Source: Amoebidium appalachense
Lineage: Eukaryota; Protista; Ichthyosporea
DNA length: 64,000 nucleotides
Assembly (NCBI GenBank): GCA_963693365.1
Contig: CAVNZM010000001.1
Coordinates: forward strand, 13,626,418-13,690,417
Direction: 5' to 3'
The notes under the pieces were generated by a model. That model ran no database searches, was not told where the DNA came from, and worked only from the letters and a program-made list of their open reading frames with translations. Numbering within the stretch: position 1 is the first letter of the stretch; the number at the start of each line of letters is the position of its first letter. The translations under genes and the position numbers were made by a program. Of the stretch, positions 63,696 to 64,000 are shown piece by piece.

Positions 63696-64000
63696 TCCCC
63701 CTCCTCCCCGGGGGCCTGCCATACCCCAAACCAGCCTATTTTTCTCGCTCCAAAACTTTTACCGTATATGGTTAAAAATCGTATCAACACCAATCCCTCA
63801 CCCAATCCACCCCCACGCCCCCCTAATTTCTCTCTCCGCAGCTACATAACTACCCACACGACAATGCCTATGATTGGTGGGTGTTTACCTTCCTGTCCTT
63901 CCCCCCCCCCCCCCTCCCCCCCCCCCTCTCCCCCCCCCCCGCTCTCCCCCCCCCCCCCCCCCCCCCTCCCCCGGCCATGTACACAAACACACACCTTCCG

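Overview
Eukaryotic, intron-rich genomic DNA (probably a protist or unicellular opisthokont; the taxon cannot be fixed from this window). Introns and spacers are packed with poly-C/poly-G tracts and (CA)n/(GT)n/(GA)n/(CT)n microsatellites, so most ORFs in the supplied track are low-complexity artefacts. Joining GT-AG exons by hand gave frame-consistent models for eight genes: (1) the 3' part of an OTU-CXC-Myb/SANT-like-Zn-ribbon protein, possibly transposon-derived (+, 1-3489); (2) a 15-exon Spinster-like MFS transporter (+); (3) a two-exon orphan gene (+); (4) a three-exon Ser/Thr kinase (-); (5) an intronless secreted trypsin-fold pseudo-protease with all three catalytic residues replaced (+); (6) a His/Gln-rich disordered protein ending in a FAM104/VCF1-like helix (-); (7) a 7-exon bacterial-type dipeptidyl peptidase IV (+); (8) the 3' part of an RBR-type E3 ligase fused to six CCHC zinc knuckles (-). 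Non-coding finds: two copies of a TA-flanked MITE; a hAT-type MITE with an 8-bp TSD; about 11 copies of a ~100-bp poly-C-tailed interspersed repeat, in sense orientation wherever the neighbouring gene is resolved; splice acceptors made of (CA)n; introns with mutually complementary halves; and an intronic duplicate of an exon end in which a G6 run has grown to G21. All family assignments come from motif recognition, not database searches.
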